From the NCBI RefSeq assembly GCF_009914755.1, contig NC_060937.1: a DNA stretch of 64,000 nucleotides, one strand, 5' to 3'. The translations under genes were made by a program, and so were the position numbers. The stretch comes from the human T2T-CHM13v2.0 reference genome, Homo sapiens. Position 1 is the first letter of the stretch, and each line of letters starts with the position of its first letter. The notes beneath the pieces were generated by a model that worked only from the letters and a program-made list of their open reading frames with translations, was not told where the DNA came from and searched no databases. Positions 28,410 to 40,871 of the stretch are shown here, one piece after another.

Positions 28410-30126
28410 CTCTCCAGCTAGATTTTAAACACTGAGAGGGCAGAGACATTCCTTATGCTTCTTTTTGTATCCCACAGGATGTGGCATAGTGCCTTGTATA
28501 CATTAAGCACTCAGTTAATGTTTGCTCTATGGTTCCAGAAAGCTTGGTAAAGAGGGCAAAGCTGGCTTTTATGCCTCCTTCTGCCCTCAGAGCCCCTTAA
28601 TGCCCTCCTGGGCTCCCATTCTGGCCCCTGGTCATCAACCTTTTCTGTGTCTCATTCCTGATTTTATTTAATCTCTGTTAATGAACGATATCTCAAGGTT
28701 GGACCCTTCCTGGGAATATTTGCATATAAAAGGCTAGCCCTGTAGTTATAAACAGACCCACACTCAAAGGTGTTAAGGGATAGTGGTGGAACAACCAGGT
28801 GATGATGTTGATGGCGTGGTCCTTACCCTCTGGAGGATAAGGAGACAGAAGACATGGGCCCTAACCTTTGCTTCTGGGTTTCATTAGAGAAACCACATAA
28901 TCTTTCTGACCCTGAGAAGAGCTCAAGCTCTGATCATCTCACAGGGCGGCCGATCTGAGCACCTCAGACTGGGGTAGTCTTACCCCACTGTGCCGAAGAG
29001 TGTGGAAAGCCACAGGATAAATGCGGTGCATCTTCCAGTTGTCTCTATTTTAAATGATATTTTTATATTAAAACAAACATGAGTGCATTCCAGGCAAATG
29101 GCCTCACTTGCTGAATTTCTATGCAGGCTGACCCATCCCCATTTCCGGAGGAGGCCTGGAGTTGCAGCCAGCAGGTCCCAGGCTGAGGGCCTTGCTCTTG
29201 CTTGCACTTTCCCTTCTCACCAGAGATGGGACTTCTCCCTTTACCCCTACCCTGGGCTCAGGCAGGTGAGCAGAGCCGTGGCTGCCTGCTTGCCCTCTGG
29301 GATGACCACACTTCTTTTTTTTTCTCCAGGGCTTAGTTCCTGATCCTCTTGCCTCACCTCCTGGTGCAATCAGTTGTGTTGCCTCCATCTGTTGTGTGGA
29401 GCAATGATGCTTCCCTTTCTGCTCCGACACACTTGGCTTCTGGCACGCGGGCAGTGGAAGGGCCTTGAGAGATCATGACCATGTTCAGAGTTCTGGCCTC
29501 AGCTCTTCCACCAGCTAGCTGGAAACCCTAAGCAGCTCACCTCACCTCTATGGGGCTCCATTCCTCACTGCAATAGTTGGGGCTGCAGTAGGCAGGCTTA
29601 GAAAAGCAGGCAACCAAGAACCCTGACTCAGAATTCTCTCAGGACTCCCAACACCCTCAGGAGGAAACCCAGCCTTCTCATTATGGCTCACAAAGCACTT
29701 CATGGTCTGGTCAAGCTTTACCTTGAGGGCTTTGTGTTTATTCACCCGTTGAAACTCTATGGTCTGGCAAAAATGAATGCCTTGAAGCTCCCAGAACATA
29801 CCCTATTCTCCCTTATTCCCAGGACTGCTCCTCTGTAGCCATCGCTTTCCTGACCCCTTTCCTGCCTCTCAATCCCTTAGACTCTTACTTACTTTTGGGG
29901 GGTTCTGCTAAGTCTTCACTTCCTGAAGCAGCCCTTCTGACCCCCACCAGCTCAGATTTGGTTGGAGGCTACTTTCTTGCAGGGCATGAACTTGATTTGG
30001 GTGCGATTCTAATGCCCTGCTTACTTCTCTGAGTCCTCTTTACCCCATAGGGTCTGTCCAATTTTAGAAGGCAAGACATGTGGTTTGTTCCTGTAGAATC
30101 CTCGTGCCTAGAACTGCACTGTCTAG

Positions 30127-30462
30127 CAGGGTCACCCCCAGCTACAGTTGGCTATTGGGCACTTGAAACATGGCTACTCTGAATTGAGATGTGCTGGAAG
30201 TGTCAAATCCACACTGGATTTCAAAGACTTCGCATGAAAAAAATGTAAAATAATTTTACATTCTCATTCATCATTTTTTATATTGACTACTTTTTGGAGA
30301 GATGTCTTAGGGCATACACACTATGTTAAATAAAGTGTATTATTAGTTTTACCTGTTTCATTTTACTCTTTTGAGGAATGTGGTGACTAGAAATCCAAAA
30401 TTTAAAATCACATATAAGGCTTGCATTTATGACTCGCGTTATGTTTCTGTTAGGCTGCACTG
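30127..30462 (-). mobile_element. MER33-like hAT DNA transposon
   Basis: ggctattgggcacttgaaacatggct...aattgagatgtgctg...cacactggatttcaaagactt. Confidence 0.75.
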
Positions 30463-31379
30463 GTATGGAGTGTATTGCCTGGCACATCTGGTTAATGAAC
30501 AAACTGGTAGATGGATCTATGTGAAAGGGTAGGTGACTGTCTTCCCACCTCAGGCTCAGCTCATGTTGCTTTGCTCCAAATATGACCCCACAGCCCACTC
30601 ATGCTCAGTGCTTAGAGCTGGGCAGCCTGGCTATCAGTGGCCTGTAGACCTGAGTCTCTTAGAGATGGAGCAACCTGGGATGGAACACCCTACTTTAAGC
30701 CTATGGACTCTGTCTTGAAGGAACCTTGTGCACCTGTGTCCATATTTCCAGGAATAAAATATTAACATGACATTCTGAACTGAACAGAACAGATGCTTAT
30801 TTTGATCAATTGCAACATCCCATGATACCGTAAGTGGTGTTCATTCTTACTGGCACTAGGTGAGGACACATTTCTTACTGGAAATTTCTCACTTTGTAAT
30901 ATTTTGATTCTGTAATCAAACAAGATATACTGATTAGCTTGAGACTTTTTCAAGGAAAGCTCTGCAACCATAAAAGAACAAAGAACCCTTTTCTTATTGT
31001 ACCTTTCCTTTGTGTGTAGAACTTTGGCTTTTTCATCATCCTGTACTTTATGGGGTTATTGTGTAGGCAGGTTGGAAGGAAGAGTTTAGTAGACTGCTTA
31101 TCACTGTCAAGAGTCTTTGAACTCTGATTTCTTGAGGATTTAGTGGTTACTTGGAACAGCTATGGGTACAGTGAGAACACAGTTTTCTGGAGATGCTACA
31201 GCTCTAACTGGGCACAGAAATTCTCGAGTCTGGTTGACATTTTGAAAGCCATATTTTTAGTATACGACAGGTCTCAGATCTTACAATTATACTCAGCATT
31301 TACAGAGTACTTTTATAATTTCCAAAATGCTTTCACACACAGTATCTTATTTGGTTCGTACCTTCAGTCCCCTTTTAAA

Positions 31380-31710
31380 CAAAACTCTTCTCAGAGATGC
31401 TTACACTTGCTGTCTTTAATTTCTTTCTTCTGGCTCTTCATTAAACCCCCTAAATTGTGCCTCTAGGCCCACCACTGTGTTGACACAGCTCTCGTGAAAG
31501 GTTTCCATGACCCACAATGTTGCTAAGTCCCATTCTCAGTCTTCTTATCTCATTTGACCCAATTGAGGCATTTGACACAGTTGATTGCTCTCTCCTACTT
31601 GAAATTCTTTTTTCATTTGGCTTCAAGGACGTTGTGCATGCCTGGCTTTCCTCTGACCCCACAGGCAGTTCCTCTCCATCTCCTTGGCTGTTAGCTCCAT
31701 GTTCCTCCCC

Positions 31711-31749
<39 letters not shown>

Positions 31750-33180
31750 CAAAATCTCACTCTGTCACCCAGGCTGGAGTACAGTGGCATGATCCTTGCT
31801 CACTGCAGCCTCTACCTCCTGGGCTCAAGTGATTCTCCCAACTCAGCCTCCTGAATAGTTGGGAATACAGGGACACATTACCATGCCTGGCTACTTTTTA
31901 ATATTTTGTAGAGATGGGCTCTCACTATGTAACCCAGGCTGGTCTGGAATTCCTTAGCTCAAGCAACCCTCCTGCTGACCCTCCTGCCTCAGGCTCCCGA
32001 AATGCTGGGATTATAGGTGTGAGCCACCATGCCTGGCTATTTCCCTGACTTTTAATCCTGGAGCCTCCTAGGTCTCAGATCTCAGATGTCTTCTCTTCTC
32101 TAGCTATACTCACTTCATTGGTGATTTCACTGTCTCATGGTTTTAAATATCATTAATAAGCTAACAATTCCTAAATATTTTCCAAGAGCCTAGATCTCTC
32201 CTTGTAATTCCAGTTTCATATATCCAACTACCTACATACTACCTCTACTTGGTTGTCTAAAAACAACTCCAGCTTTACATTCCCAAACTGATGCCCTGGG
32301 CTTCCTTCTGTGGTCTTCTCCTTTTCAATTAATGCCAACCTCATCCGTCTACTTGCTAAGAGCAAAGACTTCAGAGTATCTGCGTCTTCTCTTTCCTCAC
32401 AGCCAACGGCAAATATTTTCACCTCTAACATTGTCTCATCCTGAATGTGGCGATGTCTCATCGTTTCTACTGCTGTCACCCTGGGGTGAACCACCATCAT
32501 CTTCTGCCTGGGTTATCTCAGAAGTCTCCATGCTGGTTTCCCATTTTTACTCTTACTCAGCACATTCTGATCTCAACAGAGCTCTCAGAGTGATCCTGTT
32601 AAAATAAGAACTGGATCATGTTGCTCCTTTACTCAACCAGCTGCCACATACCCAGAGTAAAACCAAAATCCTTCCAATGACCTTAGAGGCCCTATGCAAT
32701 GTGGCACTCCCCTGACCTCAGACTATTCTTCTCCACTTCGCTTCACACTAGCCATACTGGCCTCCTTGCTTTGTCATTCAATTCTAGGTGACATGGCTGT
32801 CTTGCAGCTTTGCATTTGCTTTTCTATGGAATGATTTCTCTTCAGAGAGCCTCACATCTTTCTCCCCTCTCTCCTTTATATCTTTTACTCAAATGTCTCC
32901 TTTTCACTGAGAACTTCCCTGACCACCCTACTTAAACATGCAACTCCTGTTATCTACATTTCCGTATTCCCCTTTCCTACTTAAATTTTTTCCCCATGGT
33001 ACTTAATGCCATCTAACATACTATGTATTTTGCTTAATTTATATCATCAATCATCTGTCTCAATTAAACTGTCAGATACATGAGAGCAACGGTTTTTATT
33101 TCCATTGCTATATCCCCCAGCACCTAGAACAGCCTTACCTACAGGGCAAGCTCATTAAGTATTTGTAAATAAATGAACAG
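31380..33180 (+). mobile_element. Long L2 fragment interrupted by an AluJ
   Basis: L2 RT-end and 3' motifs: gcatttgacacagttga; cccagcacctagaacag...aagtatttgtaaataaatgaa. Confidence 0.75.
31717..32038 (-). mobile_element. AluJ whose tail has become a (TG)16 microsatellite
   Basis: (TG)n at 31717-31748 followed by ...ctcactctgtcacccaggctggagt...ccatgcctggct. Confidence 0.9.
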
Positions 33181-33267
33181 TCCTAGAAAATAAGCATTAT
33201 TATTCTTCTTTTCTCCACTGTATGAAGGAATTGAGAGCTCAACAAGACCTGAAACCAAACCAAATAT

Positions 33268-33347
33268 TCACACACATACATACATACATGACACACACAT
33301 ACACACACACACAGACACACACAGACAGACGTACACATACACATACA
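33268..33347. repeat. Compound (CA)n/(CATA)n microsatellite
   Basis: cacacacatacatacatacatgacacacacatacacacacacacagacacac... Confidence 0.85.
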
Positions 33348-33940
33348 AAATAAAACTGAACCCAGCACAGGTATAGTGTAACTAAAGTGTTTGACTTGCG
33401 GAGGGGGTAAGAACGCTGGGTCAAGACAGGGTGTAGACTACTTGTGTTAGGTCTGTTTGGTTACCAAAAGAGGCTTCTAAGTAAGCCATAAACTAAAAAA
33501 ATTCAGGCTAATGTTTTACAAATGTGTATTTTAAAATAATTGTGTAAACTTTTCATTAAATATTTTCACAATGACATCAAAGCAATAGTCATTCTAATTC
33601 TAAGCACAATAGCAAGATTTATATGTCATCAGGAAGTTTGAAACTTCATAGCAATAGAAGTGCAAAATTCTTAAACATGAGACTAAATTAGAGAAGCCTC
33701 AGGCTCTCTCATGCCAATATTTCAGGATCCTCGAGGTTTCAGCAGTTGGTTGCCAAGTGCTGCTTAATAGGCACAAGTGACAGCTCAAAGGGTGCTTCTT
33801 CCACCATGATGCTGCGAAGCCCAGTTTTAGATTATACAGATGAGAAAATCATGTTTCAAGTCTCATTTTGAAATTTCATCCCCTTTTTTGGAAGACTTTC
33901 TTAGCCCCCCAGAATTGATTAGATCCCCCTTGCTGTAGTT

Positions 33941-34097
33941 AGGGCTGGCTTCATGGATGTGCCACCTGTGAGTGGCCTCACCCTTTAGAAGGGTCTCACA
34001 CTTGGTTTAATGCTTCACTGTCACTGTTTTAACATTCTTAATCATTTTTGAACAAAGGCCCCACATTTTTATTTTGCTCTGTGCCCCACAGGGGCCA
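33941..34097. mobile_element. MER91A-like hAT-Tip100 relic
   Basis: agggctggcttcatgg...cttggtttaatgct...tttttgaacaaaggccccacatttttattttgctctgtgcccc. Confidence 0.65.
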
Positions 34098-35099
34098 ACT
34101 CATACCGATAAGTCATAGCTGGGTGAAGAAAGAAGCACTAAGGAGGGACCAGGATGGACAAAGCAAGAGCCAGTTTCAATTGTGTTTAAATGATCATAGA
34201 TCAGGTTGAGTTATTTGGTAGTTTTATGAAATTTATTTGCATAAATTTCCTGTGCATGTTTGGCCATTGCTTCATTTAATGATTCATTAAATTTTGTTCC
34301 ATTTAAATAGCCGTTTCAAAATTCATTTCATTATGTTCTGATTGTTTTCCAGAACTCATAAATCCAAGTTTAGTGACATGGCATGTTATCCTTGGTAATA
34401 CATTTTAACATTATGCTGTTCTTCTGATGAAAGGGGGGGAAATGCAATATCCAAATTGCTATATTCTTTTTACCTTTAAATTTTCTTTGCTTCTGGAAAG
34501 CTCATTTTTCAAATTTGAAATCTTAAAACAGTAATTGCATACCTAAGGGCTTATAAAGGCTAGACAGGTCATGTACCTAAAGGAAAGAGACCAGGTGTGG
34601 ATGATGGGGACTGTGGCAAACTGGAGAGTGTGTGCTACTCAAAGGGGCCTCTGTTGTCACTCTATCTCACTGAGATCATGGGGAATGTAAGCCTGGCATT
34701 ATGAGATATTTCTTTCTCCAAAAAAGGGACCTCAAACATAGAAATTCATGTGAAATCTCTTGCTTTTTAAAAACGTGGGCTCAAGTAAAGTACCATGTGG
34801 CTACTCTTGCAGAGGTAATTTTTGACATAATTCCTTCACTTTGTCCCAATTAGCACTGACATATTTTTCATTTCTCTCGTATGATAAGCTTTTTAATATA
34901 AGGAGTAACATGTGTCTAATTTCATCTTGAGGCTCCTTGGAGAGAACTTCTGTAACATTTAACATTTGTGAAGAAATGACAGCAACCCACCTAGTTAGCT
35001 AACCTCCTGTGAGTGGGAAGAGACATTTGGTAAACTTCCTATGTTCTGGCAACCTCCAGGAGCTTCTCTATCATAGCTAATCGTGCTATGTGCTCTGTG

Positions 35100-35412
35100 T
35101 AGCACTGTGCAATAGAAATATAATGGAAGCCACAAATGGAATTAAAATTTTTCTGTAGCAGCCACATTTAAAAAAAAGAGACAAGTGAAATTAATTTTAA
35201 TAAAATATTTTAACTCTATCTAAATTATTACCATTTCAACATGTGATCAATATAAAAATTATTGATGAGTTATGTTATCTTCTTTTCTTTTACACTAAAT
35301 TAAAAAAATCCTGTGTGTATTTTCTACTTAAAACACATCTCAATTTGGACTAGCTGCATTTCAAGTGTTCAATAGCCATACAGGGCTAGTGGCTGCCATA
35401 TTGTAAAGTTCA
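35100..35412 (+). mobile_element. MER33-like hAT DNA transposon
   Basis: gcactgtgcaatagaaatataatg...cacatctcaatttggactagctgcatttcaagtgttcaatagcca. Confidence 0.8.
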
Positions 35413-35580
35413 GGTCATGCTGTGCTTTTGTGCTCAGTCACTCAGCTAGGAATTTGGTAGATTTAATAGTTTTGCTTAGTAATTTGGACTCTTTGGACTC
35501 TTTGCCCTTCTCACTCCATTGACTTGCCCCGAAGTATTAAGTGCAGAATTCTGACACCCAGCTGGGGTTTAGCATTTGCC

Positions 35581-35927
35581 TGTTATCTTAGTTTGGGCTC
35601 CTGTCACAAAATGCCATAGTTTATTAACAACACAATTTTATTTCAGATAGTTCTGGAACATGGAATTCTGAGATCAGGATGTCGACATGGCCAAGTTCTA
35701 GTGAGGGGCTTCTTCCAGGTTACAGACTGTATCGGCTTTTCTTCACATGGAGGAAAGAGGACAAAAAAAGCTGCCTGGGATTCTTTTCATAAGAGCACCA
35801 ATTCCCTTACAAGGGCTCCACCCTCATGAGCTAATCACCTTCCAAAGGCCCTACCTCCTGATTCCATCACTTAGGGCTTAAGATTTCAACCTTGAATTTT
35901 GCAGACACAAACATTCAGTCCATAACA
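35581..35927 (-). mobile_element. MLT1A-like MaLR solo LTR
   Basis: tgttatcttagtttgggct...aagggctccaccctcatgagctaatcaccttccaaaggcc...acaaacattcagtccataaca. Confidence 0.82.
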
Positions 35928-38900
35928 CAGAGACTGAGAATATTCGGGCAGGGAAGTAACAGCAACAGAAAAATAGAAGGTATGACTAAATTTGAAAACG
36001 CTTCAAATCGCTGCAGTGGTCGTACTTAAAATTTCCGGGTGACAGTGTCCCATAGGTGCAGGAAGAGTTTGCCTCTTTCTCACAGTTAGAGGTGTAGGAG
36101 GTTAGACATGTGCAACTAACTATGGAGACAACAGTTGTCACTCAGAACCCAGGTGCTGTAGCTCAGGTGGTTTGGATGGGAGGCAGGCAAAGGCTTCTGT
36201 ATTGGGACAGATGAGCAAGGCAAGTACGCTCTTTGCCTCTAGCTGCAGAAACCAACTGACCTGGCCTTGGAGGAACCCGTGGGTGATTTACAATATCCAA
36301 GAGGTATGGGATATGAAAAACCCAGGTACTGATGTTGAGGTGAAGTGAAGGTGTGCTTCAATGCTTAGTCGGGAGATGGCAAGAGGAATTTAGAGGGCAG
36401 TCTGGTTCTAGGTCTCTGGGCAGATTCCATCTAGTAGGGTCCAGAGATAAACCTGAAGTTTGGTGTCTCCTGAGTCCATTCACCCCTTGTGATGGTGGTG
36501 GGGAAAGGCTTCTGGGCACTGTTATGGCTCATTAGTCCAAACTTTCTCTGTGGAGGGTGTAAAGCTTCTCTTTTTCCCCCCAAATTAGTACATGCTACCT
36601 TTCAACACTTCAGTTGTTGCCTTTCTGCATTTGCGTAGAAGTTTGCCCTGTTTTCCATTAGTTGCCATTTTTACTAGTTTGGTTCTGCATTTTGTCAACA
36701 GGAATGATTTTGCTGCAGATTGAAAACATAAGTATTTGGCTGAAAATTCTGTAATTGGGGGTTTTGATCTTCTAAACCACAATAACATGGCAAAATTTAG
36801 GTAGTTCTTGATATAGGATAGGCTTAGGGAGTGAGAATGTTGATTTGGTGTTCAGGTCAGGCTGAGGAATAACCTTAAGAACTCGAATCCAAGTATGAGT
36901 TGCTAGAGTGGGCTACATGAGATTGTAGGTACAAGGGCATAATCATGACCCTGGAGAGAATTTGAGTTGCCTATGTTCTTTAACTTGTACAATTTCTCTT
37001 GCTTGGAAATCACTCCCTTTTCTTCAACACTAATTTTTAAAAAAATAAGTATTTTCTCCAATAGTTATTTAAGAATTTCCTTCACAATTCTTATTAAATC
37101 AATCCACTCATTCATGCATGCATGCATTCATTTATTAAATATATTCCTCAGTGTACAAACGTTTATTAGACACCAAATGCCAAGCACTGGGCTAGGTGCT
37201 GGAGATTGAAAACCAATGAAGCCATGGTCTCCATCCCTAAGAAGCTCAGCACCTGGCAAATTCTTCACACTTCAACCCATCTTGGGTCTCTGGAGTCTAT
37301 CCAGTCATTTCTCAGTATTCATTTAACTGGTTTTGTGTTCAATTTGTGTTTATTCCTAGTATATTCCCTGAAGTGGCCTGCCTTCCGTAAGTGACTAGGC
37401 ATTTTCATTAGAAAAAATTATGCATTCTTCTTTCCTTATCATCATAGGGCCTGATGTTCTGCACAGAGTAGGCTCTAACACACACTGTTAACTGAGGGAC
37501 CACTTTCCAGGGTAAATAAATGGGGTCAGCTGATTATTACTTATATACACGATTGTTGATATTGCTAATAGAAATTTGAGGGTTGTTGACGATGTAGTCA
37601 ACTGATATGAAAAGCCTCTATTACCAATCTGTAGACCAAACACAGCCTCTGTTTTCCTCATATACACCAGATACCCCATAGATACCCTCCTGCAAAAATG
37701 CAGCAGTATGTTTGATTTTTAATGACAGGAGGATTAAATTAAAGTTACGTCTACACGGATGTCTTCCTTGTGTGTTGCAACTGTTCAAGAAGTACGGTTT
37801 GGGGAGGTCCCCTAATGAAGTGCATAAATAGTAACTTTCTTTCAAACTGTCAGTGAAGATTGCTGTATTACTCATGTGAATTTCGGTGACCCCTTACTCT
37901 AGAAGGAGCCCAGGGTAGAACACATTTTTACAAATAATACACTTTGCTTTGCAGCTCTGATAATTTTGTTCCTGTCTTTGAGTCTGTCATACAACCAGGA
38001 GGCTGCTTGTTTCTTAGGACAAAGGTATTTGCAGGGAAACTGATCAAACTATTTTTATTAATAATCTCATTATTATTAATAATCTCATTACGGAGGCATC
38101 ACCAATGCTTTTGTGCATTTGAGGGCTACCAAATAGATTAAAGTTTTATTCTGGAAACTCTGGAGCCATACAAGAACAAAGAAGCTTATGAGCACAGTGG
38201 GTGGTGGTTCTTCCCTGGCTAAGGCACATTTGTGCTTGGGAGAACTGCTGTCCCATTTCTGCAGTATTGCCACCCCTCTGGTAAGGGGTCTTCTAATGAA
38301 TTGGCCATAGGAGACCTTAAAGGTAGTCATGACTACAGGCTATACCACTGTTAATGAGATTTTCTTTCTGACAGGGCACCAACATGCTCCTTGAAAAAAG
38401 GTACAAGGAAGGCTCATTACAGCCACATGCAGAGGCTACTAGCAAATGAGAACAGATTTGCCATTTGTTTTGGTGGGAATCGGGAGGAAGAGGGGAATTG
38501 TGCTGGGAGGTAGAGACACATTCTTCTCCTTATGTCCATATTCATTGCATTCAATCTTAGAATAATGGATTCAGTCTCCCAGTTTTCATTCTCACACATT
38601 CTGTATGCATTCCCTGCCTTGGACTGGGGATCTAAGTGGTTAGAACATTTGACCAAAGAGGCCAAGGCTGAACTGCTTCCCACAGAGAACAATGAACTTT
38701 ACAGCCCACATTTCTCCCTATCTGTTCTTCTTCACTCTCTATCCATCCATTTGTGGTTTTCCTGTCTCCCCTTCCCCCTCCCCACCACCCCAGTTTCTGA
38801 ATAGTGTACCAGGGGTTTAAGACCCTGTTTCTCACATTAGCACTGTGCTTATTCTGAGAGTTTGTGTGGAGCTTCTGGGGTGGGGTGGAGTGGGGCATGA

Positions 38901-39117
38901 ACCTTCTCTCCTTGTTTTGAACCCAGCAATCTTACATATTGATCTAGTCTTTAGGAAATTAAACAAACAATGAAAAAGCTGACATTTTTATGGCACGTCA
39001 AAAGTCATAAGCAACTTCCCATACAATATTTCATTTAATTCAAACAATTTAGGAATTGTTACAACCCTAGAGGGGCTAAGTGACATGCCCAAGGCCACCG
39101 ACTCATTGTGACACAGC

Positions 39118-39422
39118 TTTTTTGTTTGTTTTTGTTCTTTTGAGACAGCCTTACTCTGTCACCCATGCTGCAGTGCAGTGGTGTGAACATGGCTCACTAC
39201 AGCCGCAACCTCCCAGGCTCAGGTGATCCTCCCACCTCAGCTTCCCAAGTAGCTGGGACCACAGGTGCATACCGCCACACTTGGCTATTTTTTTCATTTT
39301 TTGTAGAGACAGGGTCTCACCACATTGCCCAGGATGGTCTCCAACTCTTGAGCTCAAGCCATCCTCCCACCTTGGCCTCCCAAAGTGCTGGGATTACAGG
39401 TGCGAGCCAGCATCCCCGGCCC
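39118..39422 (-). mobile_element. AluJ, ~1 kb upstream of the OLFM4 TSS
   Basis: Antisense Alu with J-type features (gagacagggtctcaccacattgcccagg; gctcaagccatcctccc). Confidence 0.9.
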
Positions 39423-40156
39423 AGAGCAGGGTCTTAATACCGAGACTAACACCTTTTTCTTTCTCCAGGGAAGAAGGCAGAGGTCACAAAGGTGTGTGAA
39501 ATGTTGAGCAGGGCAAATGGATCCTGGAGCCCAGGGTCAGAGCTGCTGAGTAAGAGAAAATGCATCTTATTTCTCAGTTTCATGAAGAATAAGCTTGAGA
39601 TCTTGAATGCCTGGCTGGCTCACAAGAAGCTCAGGGGCAATAGAGGTCAAAGTTTTCTGGAGAGAGAAACTGCTCCTGGGGTCCTCCTTGACTGGGTTTG
39701 AGGCAGTGCCCTGGCCTGGGAGAGCGGGCACTGGGTCATCGGGATCCCTTTGTTTATTTGGGTGTTTTCTCTTCCCTATATGAAGCATACAGTGGTGAGT
39801 ACTTGATAGGGCAGAGTCCTACCTGGTTGGCCAGGGAACAAAACGTTGCTGGTCTTTCCTTCAGAGTGGGGTTGTTAGACAACTTTGTCTAGAAACAGTC
39901 ACTGTAAGGAACAGGTCAACGACAACTTGGGCAATAGGAACTGAAGAGGGAAGCTCAGTCGCTCCTGGAGGAGAGCCACAGTCCCTAAGGCAAGTTCCCT
40001 AACTGTCTGTGAAAAGTAGTATTCAGTAAAATGGGGGAGAGCACTAGAAGTGCTGTGAGGCAAAGGACTGAGGGTTGCTTTTCCTCCATGGAGCCTCCAA
40101 ACTCTGTGTCATCCACAAAGACTACTTTGGTCTCATCTCTTTCAAGGAAGTACCAA

Positions 40157-40163
40157 GTGGGAA
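40157..40163 (+). promoter_or_regulatory. RBPJ/CSL (Notch) site
   Basis: GTGGGAA. OLFM4 is an established Notch/RBPJ target in intestinal stem cells. Confidence 0.6.
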
Positions 40164-40269
40164 ACCAAATATTGGGCTTTACAAAGCACATTTGAGTTAA
40201 TGTTTGGCAGGGGATATCTGGATCCAAGGGCAGCTCACAGAGTGGGCCTCACTGACAAGGTGTGGGCCA

Positions 40270-40276
40270 TGACTCA
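40270..40276 (+). promoter_or_regulatory. AP-1 site
   Basis: Perfect TGACTCA in the proximal promoter. Confidence 0.6.
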
Positions 40277-40354
40277 GATTCCTGGGTGTCCTGAACCTCC
40301 TGGGGCAGTTCACACGTTCCCTGGCCACTCCCTCTTTTCCTACATGCTGGCCAT

Positions 40355-40366
40355 GGGGAAATCACC
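40355..40366 (+). promoter_or_regulatory. NF-kB-like site
   Basis: GGGGAAATCACC just upstream of TATA. OLFM4 is an established NF-kB target. Confidence 0.7.
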
Positions 40367-40375
40367 ACTGGGCAC

Positions 40376-40383
40376 TATAAGAA
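40376..40383 (+). promoter_or_regulatory. TATA box
   Basis: TATAAGAA 55 nt upstream of the ATG, which implies a TSS near 40405 and a short 5'UTR. Confidence 0.8.
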
Positions 40384-40430
40384 GCCCCTGGGCTCTCTGC
40401 AGAGCCAGCGGCTCCAGCTAAGAGGACAGG

Positions 40431-40634
40431 ATGAGGCCCGGCCTCTCATTTCTCCTAGCCCTTCTGTTCTTCCTTGGCCAAGCTGCAGGGGATTTGGGGG
40501 ATGTGGGACCTCCAATTCCCAGCCCCGGCTTCAGCTCTTTCCCAGGTGTTGACTCCAGCTCCAGCTTCAGCTCCAGCTCCAGGTCGGGCTCCAGCTCCAG
40601 CCGCAGCTTAGGCAGCGGAGGTTCTGTGTCCCAG
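40431..40634 (+). CDS. OLFM4: OLFM4 coding exon 1: signal peptide and Ser/Gly-rich N-terminus (aa 1-68)
   Basis: ATG at 40431 gives MRPGLSFLLALLFFLGQAAG (hydrophobic signal peptide) through GGSVSQ. Donor CAG|GTGAGG at 40634/40635. 204 nt, phase 0. Confidence 0.98.
40553..40607 (+). repeat. Coding (TCCAGC)n degenerate hexamer repeat encoding a Ser-rich tract
   Basis: tccagc tccagc ttcagc tccagc tccagg tcgggc tccagc tccagc cgcagc encodes SSSSFSSSSRSGSSSSRS. Confidence 0.85.
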
Positions 40635-40871
40635 GTGAGGAGGCCCCAGAATCTGAATGAGCTGCATTCATTCCCTTCCATTTGCTTTTGGGTACCTGAA
40701 TACAATTTCATGGATGGCTAGACCTGGGCACTCTAAAAGATTTACGACTCATTTTGTTAACTATAGGTGCCCCGGAAATGAATTAAAGCCTCAGTAAAAT
40801 AATTAAATTGTTAGCAAGAGAGACGATATCGCAGTTCTCCAGCTGGGACTTTTGGGAATATCTATGCTTTA

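Noticed and set aside
30127-35412. Two MER33-like elements in opposite orientation as ends of a composite transposon
   Set aside because: Each is an independent, diverged MITE. There is no shared TSD and no transposase between them.
40418-40711. Antisense ORF with LELE repeats over exon 1
   Set aside because: A by-product of the stop-free reverse complement of the (TCCAGC)n repeat.
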